Assembly: GCA_046314355.1 (NCBI GenBank)
Contig: JBKBWQ010000001.1
Location: forward strand, 448,001-512,000
Direction: 5' to 3'
DNA from: Candidatus Altimarinota bacterium
GTDB taxonomy: Bacteria; Patescibacteriota; Gracilibacteria; 1-14-2-50-48-13
Length of the DNA stretch: 64,000 nt
The notes under the pieces were generated by a model. That model saw only the letters and a program-made list of their open reading frames with translations. It had not been told where the DNA came from and did no database searches. Made by a program: the position numbers and the translations under genes. Positions 9,179-19,243 of the stretch are shown piece after piece; positions within the stretch are counted from its first letter, which is position 1, and every line of letters starts with the position of its first letter.

Positions 9179-12100
9179 ATGACGAAAGTGAATACACCGT
9201 CTGGTCCAGATTCTCCCAATAATAATCCGGGTGGAGATAAAAATAAATTAGATGAAAAATCTAAGGGTTGGTCATGGAAAAAAGAAAAGAATATCAAAGA
9301 TGAAACCGGAAAAAAAGTCAATGAGACACTTAATACAAATGCAAAAGCCGAAAGGGAAAAAATATATTATGCTCTATTAAAAAAGCTAAATAATATAGAA
9401 GATTTACATGAGCTTTCCTCTTTCTACAAAACGAACTCTGCAGATACTAAATTTAGGAGCTTAACCAAAAGTCAGAAAGAGAATATATACAATGACTTTG
9501 ATACCCAAGGTATGAAGCTTATTGCTAATGAAATATCAGATATCGAGAAGCTGATTGATATAGAAAAATATATTGAAGCCGCAAATAAGAATAAAAAATT
9601 TGAAGATACCTATAATGTAGCAGTAGAGTCATTTATTTATGCCAGTACAAGAAGTCAAATTGAACGAGGAATTGGCTACAATCTTACACTCAAAATCGCA
9701 GAAGTAGCAGAAATGTTATACGAAACTGCGTTAGATATTTATCAAAATGAACCTGCTAAAGCAGAGCAGCTCTGTTATGCAGTATTGAACTTTCAAGTAG
9801 AAAACGAAGCGCTTAATATCAAAACTCAAGAATTACTTGATGAACTTGCTTCTAGAAAGAAGACTCCTATCAAAAATGAATCCAATGAATCATCTGAAAA
9901 TGATACTAAATTCGATACTCACAAATTAAAACATAAGCCATCACTTAATAACGGTGACGAAATAGGCATTGACCCTTTGAAAGAGGAAAGTAAAACCATA
10001 CCTCCAATTAATGAAGAAATTACGCCTGAGCCCTTGGAGGAAAATACGTCAGGTATACAAAATAAGAAGAACCTTAAAGAGTCATCTCTTCCTAATCCTT
10101 CAGATGACTTACCAAGTATAGAAGAAGTTAGCACTCCGGACAATGTATCTGACATTAAACAGGAGGTAGAAAACAGTAAAACGTCAAACTTCTCCGAACC
10201 TAAGTCAGAACCTATTCCTAATAATACAGAAAATGACAGCACTCCTGAAGATACTGATAAATTAGAAACTGTTGATGCTATAATTATAGAGGAAGAAGAA
10301 AAAAAGAAAGACGACTCCTCAAATGAGTCGGATACTATTGATGATGATTTCACAGAAGAAAAAGCAGAAGATATCATAATCAAGCCAGAGGATTTAGAGA
10401 AAAAAGAAGATACAGATACTCCTCCATTACCCCCGGTACCTCCAGTCCCGCCTCTACCAAAGAAAAACCCTACACCAATACCGCCACTAAAGACCCCTAA
10501 TCCTAATCCTAATCCTAATCCTAATCCTAATCCTAATCCTACCCCTACTCCTACTCCTACTCCTACTCCTACCCCTACTCCACCAGCGCCAGTTATCATT
10601 CCCGACACAAACCTAAGCCTAGTCTTTGTCGGCATCGACGAAAAGCTCGAACGTATAGCAAGAAGAGTCGCTCAGGAGCGTCTTGATCATGATATGAAGT
10701 CCAAGCGAGGTATCATAGGATTCCTCAAAAAAGCCTGGATGCGGAATGCATATCAGGGATATATTGAGCGGGATACAAAACTCTATATTGAGCGTCTCAA
10801 AAATGACCGGGAATACCGTGCAGAACTTATGGGACTCAATAGAGGTCGCGTACAGCCTATCTCAGCAGATCCGGCGAATCCTGCTATTCCAGGTTCAGAG
10901 TACCTTCTCGAGCATGAACTTAATGCAATTGCGGCACGTTTTGGTATAGCGTGGAATGAACATGAAGATAAAAGTGCCGCAGTAAAGCATGAACTGCTCA
11001 TCAATGAAACTCTTGAGGGTCAAAATGAGGAGCAAAACTATGATGGTATTCAAAGTGAAGTATCTGACATGGCGAAGAACTTTATCTCAGGAATACTTAC
11101 AGAAGAAGAGTTTAGAAAAGAATTTAATGAAAAAATTCTCCCGCAGGTGGAATTTATACAGCAGGAAGCCATAGTAGCATTTTTAGATAATAGACATCAT
11201 AACGGCACAGAGAGCCATAAGGGTTTTATAGATAGACTCAAAGAGATCAAGACACATGCAGATGGACTTAATCGAATAGATGCCAATCTTCAGCAGCAGT
11301 ACATCAATGATCTTAAAATAGATATCGCTTTAGGTAGCGCGCAGCATGTGGATGCACGTACCGATATCCGCCAGACAGGATGGGCTGATAAAGCATCCAG
11401 ATGGATCATGAGAAACATACAAAAGGTTCCTTTCTTAGGTCAGGTTGCGTCCCCTGCCTCACTCAGTGTGGCAGTATACGGAGGTATCAATATGCTTACT
11501 ACATCAAGTATAGCAACCTTTGGTAGATTAAGTGTACTGGGCGGAGCAGTTACAGGAGGTCTTATCGGAGGAATGCGGCAGAATATAGAGACATCACGTC
11601 TCAAGCAGGCGGAAGAAATAAGAAATGCTTTAAATGTTGCTCCTGAAAAAGATACTCTTGAGAAAGACAGCAGAAGCAGAAAGCTACTCGGCGGAGGCGG
11701 ATTTGAAGAAAAACTGCGCCACAACAATACTATTTACGAAAAAGAAAAAGCAGAACTGCTTATAGAAAAATTTAAAGTTCTTCTGGAAAATCCATTAGGT
11801 ATCAATAAGGATGAACTCTGGAAGCATTATGCAAAAGTATATGCTCTTCGTGAATTATCAGACTCAGGCATAGACGGTAATGGAATTGGACGCATGGACC
11901 TTATCAGCTTCAGCGATCAGAAAAATATAGAAAAGGATCGTCTCGATTTATTCCTCCTTCTCGCGAAAGCGCAGAAAGAGCTGAGAGACAATAATCCAGA
12001 TTTTCATACTCAATTTGTAAAAAAGATTTCAGATACGAAGGATCGTATTCGTCTCATGATAGAGACCAAGGATCAGAACTTTAAGAAGCTCAAATCCAAG

Positions 12101-13939
12101 GAAGTCTGGAGCGCCCGCAGGATCGGATTTGCAACAGGAGCAGCAACTTCTATACTTGGTAGTCTCTTAGCGACCGGAGTAAGCGCCGCTCATCATTGGT
12201 GGAGTCCAGAGAGCTATACATTTGATAACAATGGTCTTCACACATGGCTTACTAAAAACGGATTTTCTGAAAATGAGATCTCGCAGCATGTAAAATTTTC
12301 AAATGGAAAACTTACTGAAGACTCTCTAAAGTATCTGACGGAACAAGGCGTACCTCTTACAAAGACTACTTTTTTTACAGATCTTGGAACCCCTTCTGAC
12401 AGCGCTACTATAAAGTCACTAATGACTAAATACAGTCTTGATCCAAGCAAGTTCCAAGTTGATGCCAATGGTCATACTTCTGCATCAACCCTGCATTATC
12501 TTAAAAGTCATGGATTCTCTCTCACAGAACAAACGGTTTCTACAAATCATACATCTATAGATGTCACCGATCTAGGCTTTCAGGAAGCAGGAAAAATGCA
12601 TTTCAATCACAATCCTGGTCGTGCAGCGTTTGATGAACTGAGATTTCATTGGGATGGAGCTCCAGGAGTGCGAGATGGCAATGTGCATTTCAGAATAAAC
12701 GATATGCTCAATCCTAATCTCCATCATTCCAAACTTCCCGCTGGAGTTCATTTTCCAAAGAGCTTTGATGATATGAAATTTGCACTTCTGGTAGAAGAAG
12801 AAGGTACCAGGTACTGGAAGTTCTTCACTCCTGATGCACATGGTAAATTAAGCATTCCTGCAGAATTTTTTGATGAATCACATCTCGGATATGTAGCACG
12901 GGGAGGTCATACTTTACCTGGTCTCAAAGCATCTTCCATGCATGTCGGATTTGAAGACCAAAACGGAACATTCCAGACCCTTACCTCACTCAAAGGAGAT
13001 GGATCATATCTCTCTGATATTAATGGAGGAAATACCAATACACCAGATGCCACTACAACGAAAGTAAGTACATATACTCTTAACGCACTTCATCCTGAGA
13101 AATACTTCATAGACTACCAAGCTGAGTTTGTGCCGCCAATTACCATCTCCAAGAATATGGAGCATCTTGAATATGGTAAAACTGCCATCACCGAACCAGA
13201 TCACCTCCGATCAAATGAAGAACTTGAAGATGATTTTGTAGCTGAAGCACAAAGACAACAAAAGAAGAGAACCACTTTACTCAATCCATTCAACTGGAGA
13301 AGAGATAAAAATGCTATTGATGATGCCTTAAGAACAGAGATAGCAGACCTTTATCTTTCATTGATACAGAATAACCGGGGACAGATAAGTTATGTCGAAA
13401 ACGGTGTGAGAAAGAGTCTGCGGTACCCTGATATGACCATAGAACGTGTGATGGTCATCGTAAGACATAGTATACTGAAGAAGCTTAGACAAAAAGATAT
13501 TCATGCAACCGAAGCAGAATTAAGAGACCTATGGAGTAAAAATATTGCACATGTGAGTAATCAGGTCACTGCCATAGTACATGCTGCCTCTGACACATTA
13601 CTCAAAAATCCTACCCTGCTTCCAACAATGATCCTGCCTTTGGATCAAGCAGATGCAACAGATAAGTTTAAAAGCATTCTTCACAGTCAGAAACCTTTCC
13701 AAGCAATGATTGAAATAGAATATCTGGCAAAATACTTTAAATCAAAGGAAACAATAGATAAAACACTTGCTCTCGAGTACTTTGGTCTCAAAGGCAAAGA
13801 TACTGCTGCAATTACGGCAAGATTCACCGCATTGGAAAATGAGTTAAATAGTATTCAGATCAGAAACACCTCAGAGGAAGCAATCCTTGCATACCTAAAA
13901 GACTTTATCGCTCAGACAAAGCAGCGGGTAACTTCTTAA
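9179..13939 (+). CDS. Large hypothetical protein (1586 aa) with acidic/Pro-rich linker and Gly-rich hydrophobic segments
   Basis: Uninterrupted ORF with no signal peptide. Confidence 0.85.
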   Translation: MTKVNTPSGPDSPNNNPGGDKNKLDEKSKGWSWKKEKNIKDETGKKVNETLNTNAKAEREKIYYALLKKLNNIEDLHELSSFYKTNSADTKFRSLTKSQKENIYNDFDTQGMKLIANEISDIEKLIDIEKYIEAANKNKKFEDTYNVAVESFIYASTRSQIERGIGYNLTLKIAEVAEMLYETALDIYQNEPAKAEQLCYAVLNFQVENEALNIKTQELLDELASRKKTPIKNESNESSENDTKFDTHKLKHKPSLNNGDEIGIDPLKEESKTIPPINEEITPEPLEENTSGIQNKKNLKESSLPNPSDDLPSIEEVSTPDNVSDIKQEVENSKTSNFSEPKSEPIPNNTENDSTPEDTDKLETVDAIIIEEEEKKKDDSSNESDTIDDDFTEEKAEDIIIKPEDLEKKEDTDTPPLPPVPPVPPLPKKNPTPIPPLKTPNPNPNPNPNPNPNPTPTPTPTPTPTPTPPAPVIIPDTNLSLVFVGIDEKLERIARRVAQERLDHDMKSKRGIIGFLKKAWMRNAYQGYIERDTKLYIERLKNDREYRAELMGLNRGRVQPISADPANPAIPGSEYLLEHELNAIAARFGIAWNEHEDKSAAVKHELLINETLEGQNEEQNYDGIQSEVSDMAKNFISGILTEEEFRKEFNEKILPQVEFIQQEAIVAFLDNRHHNGTESHKGFIDRLKEIKTHADGLNRIDANLQQQYINDLKIDIALGSAQHVDARTDIRQTGWADKASRWIMRNIQKVPFLGQVASPASLSVAVYGGINMLTTSSIATFGRLSVLGGAVTGGLIGGMRQNIETSRLKQAEEIRNALNVAPEKDTLEKDSRSRKLLGGGGFEEKLRHNNTIYEKEKAELLIEKFKVLLENPLGINKDELWKHYAKVYALRELSDSGIDGNGIGRMDLISFSDQKNIEKDRLDLFLLLAKAQKELRDNNPDFHTQFVKKISDTKDRIRLMIETKDQNFKKLKSKEVWSARRIGFATGAATSILGSLLATGVSAAHHWWSPESYTFDNNGLHTWLTKNGFSENEISQHVKFSNGKLTEDSLKYLTEQGVPLTKTTFFTDLGTPSDSATIKSLMTKYSLDPSKFQVDANGHTSASTLHYLKSHGFSLTEQTVSTNHTSIDVTDLGFQEAGKMHFNHNPGRAAFDELRFHWDGAPGVRDGNVHFRINDMLNPNLHHSKLPAGVHFPKSFDDMKFALLVEEEGTRYWKFFTPDAHGKLSIPAEFFDESHLGYVARGGHTLPGLKASSMHVGFEDQNGTFQTLTSLKGDGSYLSDINGGNTNTPDATTTKVSTYTLNALHPEKYFIDYQAEFVPPITISKNMEHLEYGKTAITEPDHLRSNEELEDDFVAEAQRQQKKRTTLLNPFNWRRDKNAIDDALRTEIADLYLSLIQNNRGQISYVENGVRKSLRYPDMTIERVMVIVRHSILKKLRQKDIHATEAELRDLWSKNIAHVSNQVTAIVHAASDTLLKNPTLLPTMILPLDQADATDKFKSILHSQKPFQAMIEIEYLAKYFKSKETIDKTLALEYFGLKGKDTAAITARFTALENELNSIQIRNTSEEAILAYLKDFIAQTKQRVTS
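10496..10579 (+). repeat. Coding hexanucleotide tandem repeat (CCTAAT)7 then (CCTACY)7
   Basis: Encodes (PN)7(PT)7. Confidence 0.95.
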
Positions 13940-14032
13940 GATAATAGTTCACTCTCACTGTACAGATTAAAAAATATACCTCTTTCAAAATTTCTGTACA
14001 ATATACTCAAACATCAATAAATTACTTCTCAT

Positions 14033-14365
14033 ATGACACCAGAACTTCGCGACTTTATAGATAGTATGCTTACTCAGGCTTATGGAAATAGCCTTGATGC
14101 AGATGTACGGGAAATCATGATACAGGATCTTTATCCGCGTCTTGAGCAGACCCTATCTCTTGCAATGCTCTCCAAACTCTCACCAGATCAGCTCTCCACA
14201 GTAGAAAAGATGACAGATGAGAATATGCCTACTGAGAGTATTCAGGCCTATGTAGTGGAGCAAATACCAGATTATGCAGAGGTACTTGAAGAGGCTCTTA
14301 AAGAATTCTGGGCATTATATATAGCACCAGATAATAGTTCTGAGGATCAGCCCGCGGCAGCTTAA
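14033..14365 (+). CDS. Small acidic helical protein, DUF5663-like
   Basis: RLEQTLSLAMLSKLSPDQ...QIPDYAEVLEEALKEF pattern recalled from CPR proteins. Confidence 0.65.
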   Translation: MTPELRDFIDSMLTQAYGNSLDADVREIMIQDLYPRLEQTLSLAMLSKLSPDQLSTVEKMTDENMPTESIQAYVVEQIPDYAEVLEEALKEFWALYIAPDNSSEDQPAAA

Positions 14366-14385
14366 GCATAAAAATGTGCATACAA

Positions 14386-14419
14386 AAAAAGAATCCCCTA
14401 TCATATCGGGATTCTTTTT
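14386..14419. terminator. Bidirectional intrinsic terminator
   Basis: AAAAAGAATCCC/GGGATTCTTTTT. Confidence 0.8.
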
Positions 14420-14432
14420 ATTTTAGTGCGTC

Positions 14433-14495
14433 TTAACGGTTGAGGAATACGAAGGCAGTGGCAAAAGTTACAAAGAGCATAGTGAGGAGATCCAT
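14433..14495 (-). CDS. Candidate 20-aa hydrophobic small protein MDLLTMLFVTFATAFVFLNR
   Basis: Translated by hand; ends just before a terminator; below the ORF-track cutoff. Confidence 0.45.
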   Translation of the reverse strand: MDLLTMLFVTFATAFVFLNR

Positions 14496-14613
14496 AGTGA
14501 GGAAAAAGATAGATAATTATTTAAAGTAACCCTAGCTAGAGGCAAATGCCTGGAGCTATATTGCAAGAGAATATCACTGTGTGCAGTGATTTGAGGAGTT
14601 TTTGATATATATT

Positions 14614-15363
14614 TTAGATTTCGACTGCCCATAAAGATTCGAAAAGTGCCTTTTGCATTTCAGCCACCTGTGGATTCTCGAGTGAAGAAGCTTGAAGTGA
14701 GCTTCCCTGCTCTGTCCAGTATCCAATGTACGGACCTGCTACGTTCATTCCTGAGGTAAATGCCATAACCTGCCGTACTGTCTTTACTTCGAAGTTTCTG
14801 GTTTTGAGGAAAACAGGATCTTCTTCCGGACTATGTACAAGTACTTTTACGATGCATCCTTCTGCTTCAAATCTTTTACCTAAAGCTTTCATCTCTCCGC
14901 TCATCTGCGCAAAGAACTGCGCATTACAGATAAAACGGATAGTTCTCTCAGTCTGAATAGCCGTCTGAATATGTGTTTCCCACATACGAAGAAGACCTTC
15001 CTGCCCTGCATAAAGAGAAAGACTAGCTGCTGGAAGCAAAGGATTCTTAAGACGCTCGAGATCACCCATGACCGCTTTCAGATGCTCCTTGCCTATCATG
15101 AGCTGCATCTCCTGCTTACTAATGTATGCAAGCAGATGCTGAGGAGTATCTACATCAAACACCTTCGTACTTCCCCGCTTCTTTTCCACTACGATCCCCT
15201 TGGAGCCAAGAGAAACAAGTAGATCATAAACAGTTGTTCTTGGAAGATCAGCTTCTTGAGCAATCTCAATAGTAGTAGCTTCTCCTCCTGTTTTCAGAAG
15301 AGCAAGATATACCTTTGTTTCCTTGATGGAAAGTCCGAGATCTTGGAGGGTTTGTTCGATCAT
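14614..15363 (-). CDS. TrmB-family transcriptional regulator
   Basis: LGLSIKETKVYLALL...EIAQEADLPRTTVYDLL HTH; FESLW C-terminus. Confidence 0.85.
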   Translation of the reverse strand: MIEQTLQDLGLSIKETKVYLALLKTGGEATTIEIAQEADLPRTTVYDLLVSLGSKGIVVEKKRGSTKVFDVDTPQHLLAYISKQEMQLMIGKEHLKAVMGDLERLKNPLLPAASLSLYAGQEGLLRMWETHIQTAIQTERTIRFICNAQFFAQMSGEMKALGKRFEAEGCIVKVLVHSPEEDPVFLKTRNFEVKTVRQVMAFTSGMNVAGPYIGYWTEQGSSLQASSLENPQVAEMQKALFESLWAVEI

Positions 15364-15371
15364 AGAATTTG

Positions 15372-15510
15372 TGTCGATTAGTTTCGTCGGATTATTTATA
15401 TCATCTTCTAAAAGTGTTTACAATACTATTTTTTAAATGACGAAAACTTTCGACAAGTTATGAACATTTTTTATTCATAACCTTTTATTTTAGCTACAGT
15501 AAACACTTTT
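15372..15510. promoter_or_regulatory. Candidate operator region with nested inverted repeats
   Basis: TGTCGA-N4-TTTCGTC (15372-15388) is inverted at 15439-15455; perfect 12-bp IR at 15410-15421/15499-15510. Confidence 0.5.
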
Positions 15511-15591
15511 CAACACTACAACTTATACACAGATTGACGATTGACTTTGCGGTATAAGGAGGTATACATTAGTGAAAATTTTACTATAAAT

Positions 15592-16590
15592 ATGGCACCA
15601 AAAGACGTCCCTTTGGAACCACAAAAAGACGATACTACATCAGAAAATCCTGCAAACAGTTTTCTAAAACTTTCAAGTACCCAAATAAAGGACGATCTGG
15701 AAATCGCCTACCTAAAAAAAAGAGAAGAAATTGCCAAGAATATACGTAGTGGTCTGCAAAAAAAGAAATGTGCGCTTGATATTCAGTATTCTTTACTACA
15801 TCAATACACTCAAACTGCAGAATTCATATCTTCTCTTACACACCAATATGATCTGCAAGAGTTTAATCAGGAATTTGATCTTCTTATCACACTTTTAAAA
15901 AATCAACTTCAAGGCATACAGGAAGAACTACAGACTCATTTTGAAAATTCACAGAAAAGTATACAGAATTTTCAATCTGAGCCTTATGTATTTAATACCC
16001 TCAGCGAAAGGGTCAAAATGTATATCTCGTCGGAGGAGTATGAAATTATTCTCACAACCCATCTTCGCTACCTGAACCTATACCACACTATACATCTGCC
16101 TGAGTTTCAGCATATTGAAAAGCAGATAGAAGGCTGGAGCAATTACTGCAATAAACTTTTATTAAGTCATAAGAAAGTATTGGATATTATTCTGGACGAT
16201 CACATAAAAGAGATGAGAGAATCAACACTCTCTACCCTGACAAGCATCTCCTTAGATCTAAGTATGCTGAAAAGTGAAATAACAGAGTGTAAAAAATCCC
16301 TCGAAGAAAAAAGAAATAGCCACATCATACCTAGTATTTATTTGATAACCGCAGAGGATTTCTATAACACTGCTTTAACACATCTCATCAATCAACAAAT
16401 GTTTATTCGTGGTGATATCCGTACTATTCGAGAAAAAAATCTCGATGAATTATTATCAAAATACAACTCAATGCTTACAAAATGTTTTTCATTGAGAAAT
16501 GTAGTGTCGCAATACCACACTACAGAATGTCTACATAGAAGCACCTATAGCTCTCTCAAGCAAAAAATTGATTCTATTCCAAAGTACTAG
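15592..16590 (+). CDS. Hypothetical coiled-coil protein
   Basis: Long ORF; ATG 15592 preferred over TTG 15541. Confidence 0.7.
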   Translation: MAPKDVPLEPQKDDTTSENPANSFLKLSSTQIKDDLEIAYLKKREEIAKNIRSGLQKKKCALDIQYSLLHQYTQTAEFISSLTHQYDLQEFNQEFDLLITLLKNQLQGIQEELQTHFENSQKSIQNFQSEPYVFNTLSERVKMYISSEEYEIILTTHLRYLNLYHTIHLPEFQHIEKQIEGWSNYCNKLLLSHKKVLDIILDDHIKEMRESTLSTLTSISLDLSMLKSEITECKKSLEEKRNSHIIPSIYLITAEDFYNTALTHLINQQMFIRGDIRTIREKNLDELLSKYNSMLTKCFSLRNVVSQYHTTECLHRSTYSSLKQKIDSIPKY

Positions 16591-17966
16591 CCTTGAATAA
16601 TATCAGTAAGCTTCTGAGTCTTCTCTTTTAAAAGTTCATCTGTCTTAGCTTCGACATTAAGTCTCAGTAAAGGCTCCGTATTGCTTGCCCGGATATTTGC
16701 CCACCAGTCTACGCTCCTATCGGAGCTATGACTGGCAGGCCAGTTGAGAGTAAGACCATCGAGGTCATTTTGTTCCAGGTCAGCAAATTCTGATTTAATT
16801 CTCTCAAGTGCTGCAGGAATATTTTCCACTTTGAAGTTAATTTCTCCTGAGGCTTTGTATGTCTCGAATTTTTTTCGTAGATCATGGAGCTTCTTCCCTT
16901 CCTGACCAATGAGATCCAGCATGATTACAGCAGCGATAAGCCCGCTATCCGCGTTCCAGTTATTGGAAAAATAATAATGACCTGAATGCTCTCCCGCAAA
17001 ACTAGCTTTATACGCCTTCATATCCTGTTTAATGAGGCTATGCCCTACTCTCACTCTCTTAGCCGTTCCACCCATATTTGTAATTGTCTCCGGAACTATA
17101 CGTCCGCAAATAGCATTATAGAGTATGGTCTGATTAGGATCTTTCTGTAGAAGAGATTTTGCAACCATAGCTGTCATAAGTGTACCTGTGAGCGTCTCAT
17201 AGTTATCATCTATCAAAAACACGCGGTCTGCATCACCATCAAAAGCCATGCCAAGATCAGCTTCCTCCTGCTCCATCTTTCCTTTGATATCTACTAGATT
17301 TTCCTCCTCCAGCGGACTTGCAGGATGGTTTGGGAAGGTACCGTCTTCCTCAAAATATAATGGTACAAGCTCAAGCTGCGGAAGTTTTTCAAAGAGCTTC
17401 TCCACCATTCTTCCCGCCATCCCATTACCTGCATCTACTACAATCTTCATAGGTTTAATATTCTTTGTATCAGCAAAAGAAAGCACATGGGTAATCCAGT
17501 CATCCATCACTTCATGAAACTTCTTAGTTCCCTGCTCTGTACCTTCTTCAATTTCGCCCCTCAGCATGAGATCTCTCATTTCAGACATCCCATTATCCAG
17601 AGAGAGCGGCTCCGCGTTTTTAAGACAAGCTTTCATACCGTTCCACTGCTTTGGATTGTGGCTTGCAGTGATCATAATACCAGCTTCATATCCATATTTT
17701 CCGCATGCAAAATACAGCATATCAGTAGAGACTCTTCCGAGTTCAATAACATCTGCCCCCTGACTCATAATTCCCCGGCTTAGCGCTTCAAATAATTCAT
17801 CTGAAGAAATTCTCATGTCCCGTCCCACAGCTACACTCTTTACATTCAAAACCTTTACAAAGGCTTTACCAAATTCAAATGCAAACTCTGCATTGATCTG
17901 ATCAGGATAAGTCCCACGGATGTCATAGGCTTTAAACATTGCATTTAGTATATCTGCTTGGAACAT
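16587..17966 (-). CDS. manB: Phosphomannomutase/phosphoglucomutase
   Basis: FKAYDIRG, TASHNP, FDGDADR, GEHSGH and RASNTEP motifs. Confidence 0.95.
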   Translation of the reverse strand: MFQADILNAMFKAYDIRGTYPDQINAEFAFEFGKAFVKVLNVKSVAVGRDMRISSDELFEALSRGIMSQGADVIELGRVSTDMLYFACGKYGYEAGIMITASHNPKQWNGMKACLKNAEPLSLDNGMSEMRDLMLRGEIEEGTEQGTKKFHEVMDDWITHVLSFADTKNIKPMKIVVDAGNGMAGRMVEKLFEKLPQLELVPLYFEEDGTFPNHPASPLEEENLVDIKGKMEQEEADLGMAFDGDADRVFLIDDNYETLTGTLMTAMVAKSLLQKDPNQTILYNAICGRIVPETITNMGGTAKRVRVGHSLIKQDMKAYKASFAGEHSGHYYFSNNWNADSGLIAAVIMLDLIGQEGKKLHDLRKKFETYKASGEINFKVENIPAALERIKSEFADLEQNDLDGLTLNWPASHSSDRSVDWWANIRASNTEPLLRLNVEAKTDELLKEKTQKLTDIIQG

Positions 17967-18035
17967 AGTAATTTATTCAGGAATAATACAGTAAAGATTG
18001 TAGCAGAAAAGAAAGTCTCCTCAAGAGTCTATGAT

Positions 18036-18063
18036 AAAAAAAAGAGCCCTTTTCGGGGCTCTT
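18036..18063 (-). terminator. Intrinsic terminator
   Basis: AAGAGCCC/GGGCTCTT stem with a U-tract on the minus strand. Confidence 0.75.
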
Positions 18064-18084
18064 GGCAATACTTTTTAAATCTTC

Positions 18085-19062
18085 TTACACTAATAACTGT
18101 TTAAATTCTTCTACCATATCCACAGGCGTAGGATCTACTCCATACTCAAACGCGAGGTAATATGACATCAGATATGCAAGAACTAGTCCATAATAGGTCT
18201 CACCAAGCCAATCTTCTCCCTTAAGTTCAAGATCAATAAAAGGAATACCCTTTGCTCCAAGTACTTTCTTCATAGTATCCATACGAAGTGTCACCCTTTC
18301 AAAATCCAGAACGCTTCTGATCAAAAGAATAGTTGGCTTCATTGCAAGATTTGTATATCCTACCATTTCATTATGGTTCATCTCCGGAAGCTCTGCAAAG
18401 AAGCTCTGAGTCTTTGCATTCTCATTGAAATGAATCTTTGTAATACGCGCAAGAGCTGCACGTCTCGGACCTCCATAGACAACTGGCACAGTACCCTTTA
18501 TAAGAGCAGCATTTTTCTTTGCTATCTGTTCAATATTTTCTATCTCCTGAGCAATAAAATCCTCAGTCTGCTTTAAAAATGCGAATTGATCCACTACCAC
18601 ATCCATTTGTTCAAGTATTCCAAGCAGTATTCCCATACCATAACCGATCGCACATCTCGGCTGAATAGCTTCGGGGACTTCAAAGTATGGCAGATCAAGC
18701 TTCTTGGCCATCTCATGAAGTTTTCCTCCGTGAGCCATAACAAGGATCTCAAAGCCGTTCTTATATGCATCTTCCAAAGCAGAAATAGTCTCCTCAGTAT
18801 TTCCTGAATAAGAACTCGCAATCACCAGTGTATCATGAGAGCTGGCACCTTCAGGCAGAAAATAATCATGACATGTCTCAAATTCAATCCCTCCTTTTAC
18901 ATAATCACGGATAAGTTCTCCCGCTAAGGCACTTCCACCCATGCCGCATAGAACAATTTTATCGAAATTACCGGAAGGAACTGCTGTACCTCTTCCCACT
19001 TCGAGACCTTTGATAAGATGAGTATGAGCTGTACGCATTTCTGAGAGCATTGCTTGAGACAT
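18085..19062 (-). CDS. Bifunctional phosphoglucose/phosphomannose isomerase (SIS fold)
   Basis: GMGGS, SYSGNTEET, QPR, ENAK and PEMNHNE motifs; start at MSQAML. Confidence 0.9.
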   Translation of the reverse strand: MSQAMLSEMRTAHTHLIKGLEVGRGTAVPSGNFDKIVLCGMGGSALAGELIRDYVKGGIEFETCHDYFLPEGASSHDTLVIASSYSGNTEETISALEDAYKNGFEILVMAHGGKLHEMAKKLDLPYFEVPEAIQPRCAIGYGMGILLGILEQMDVVVDQFAFLKQTEDFIAQEIENIEQIAKKNAALIKGTVPVVYGGPRRAALARITKIHFNENAKTQSFFAELPEMNHNEMVGYTNLAMKPTILLIRSVLDFERVTLRMDTMKKVLGAKGIPFIDLELKGEDWLGETYYGLVLAYLMSYYLAFEYGVDPTPVDMVEEFKQLLV

Positions 19063-19243
19063 AATGTAGATTTTATCTATAAAACGGATGAAGTATACTG
19101 CAGGTTCATAAGCAAGACAAGAAGGTCTCTGCATAAGCAGTCGTAGACATAAATAAATATTTCAAATCAGATAAAGATAGACATTATTGACAAAATATAT
19201 TTATCGTATACTTTATGTAAAATTAAAATACAAGGAGAAGCAA

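Noticed and set aside
9919-10635. Antisense 238-aa GV/GL-repeat ORF
   Set aside because: Shadow of the PN/PT repeat on the coding strand.
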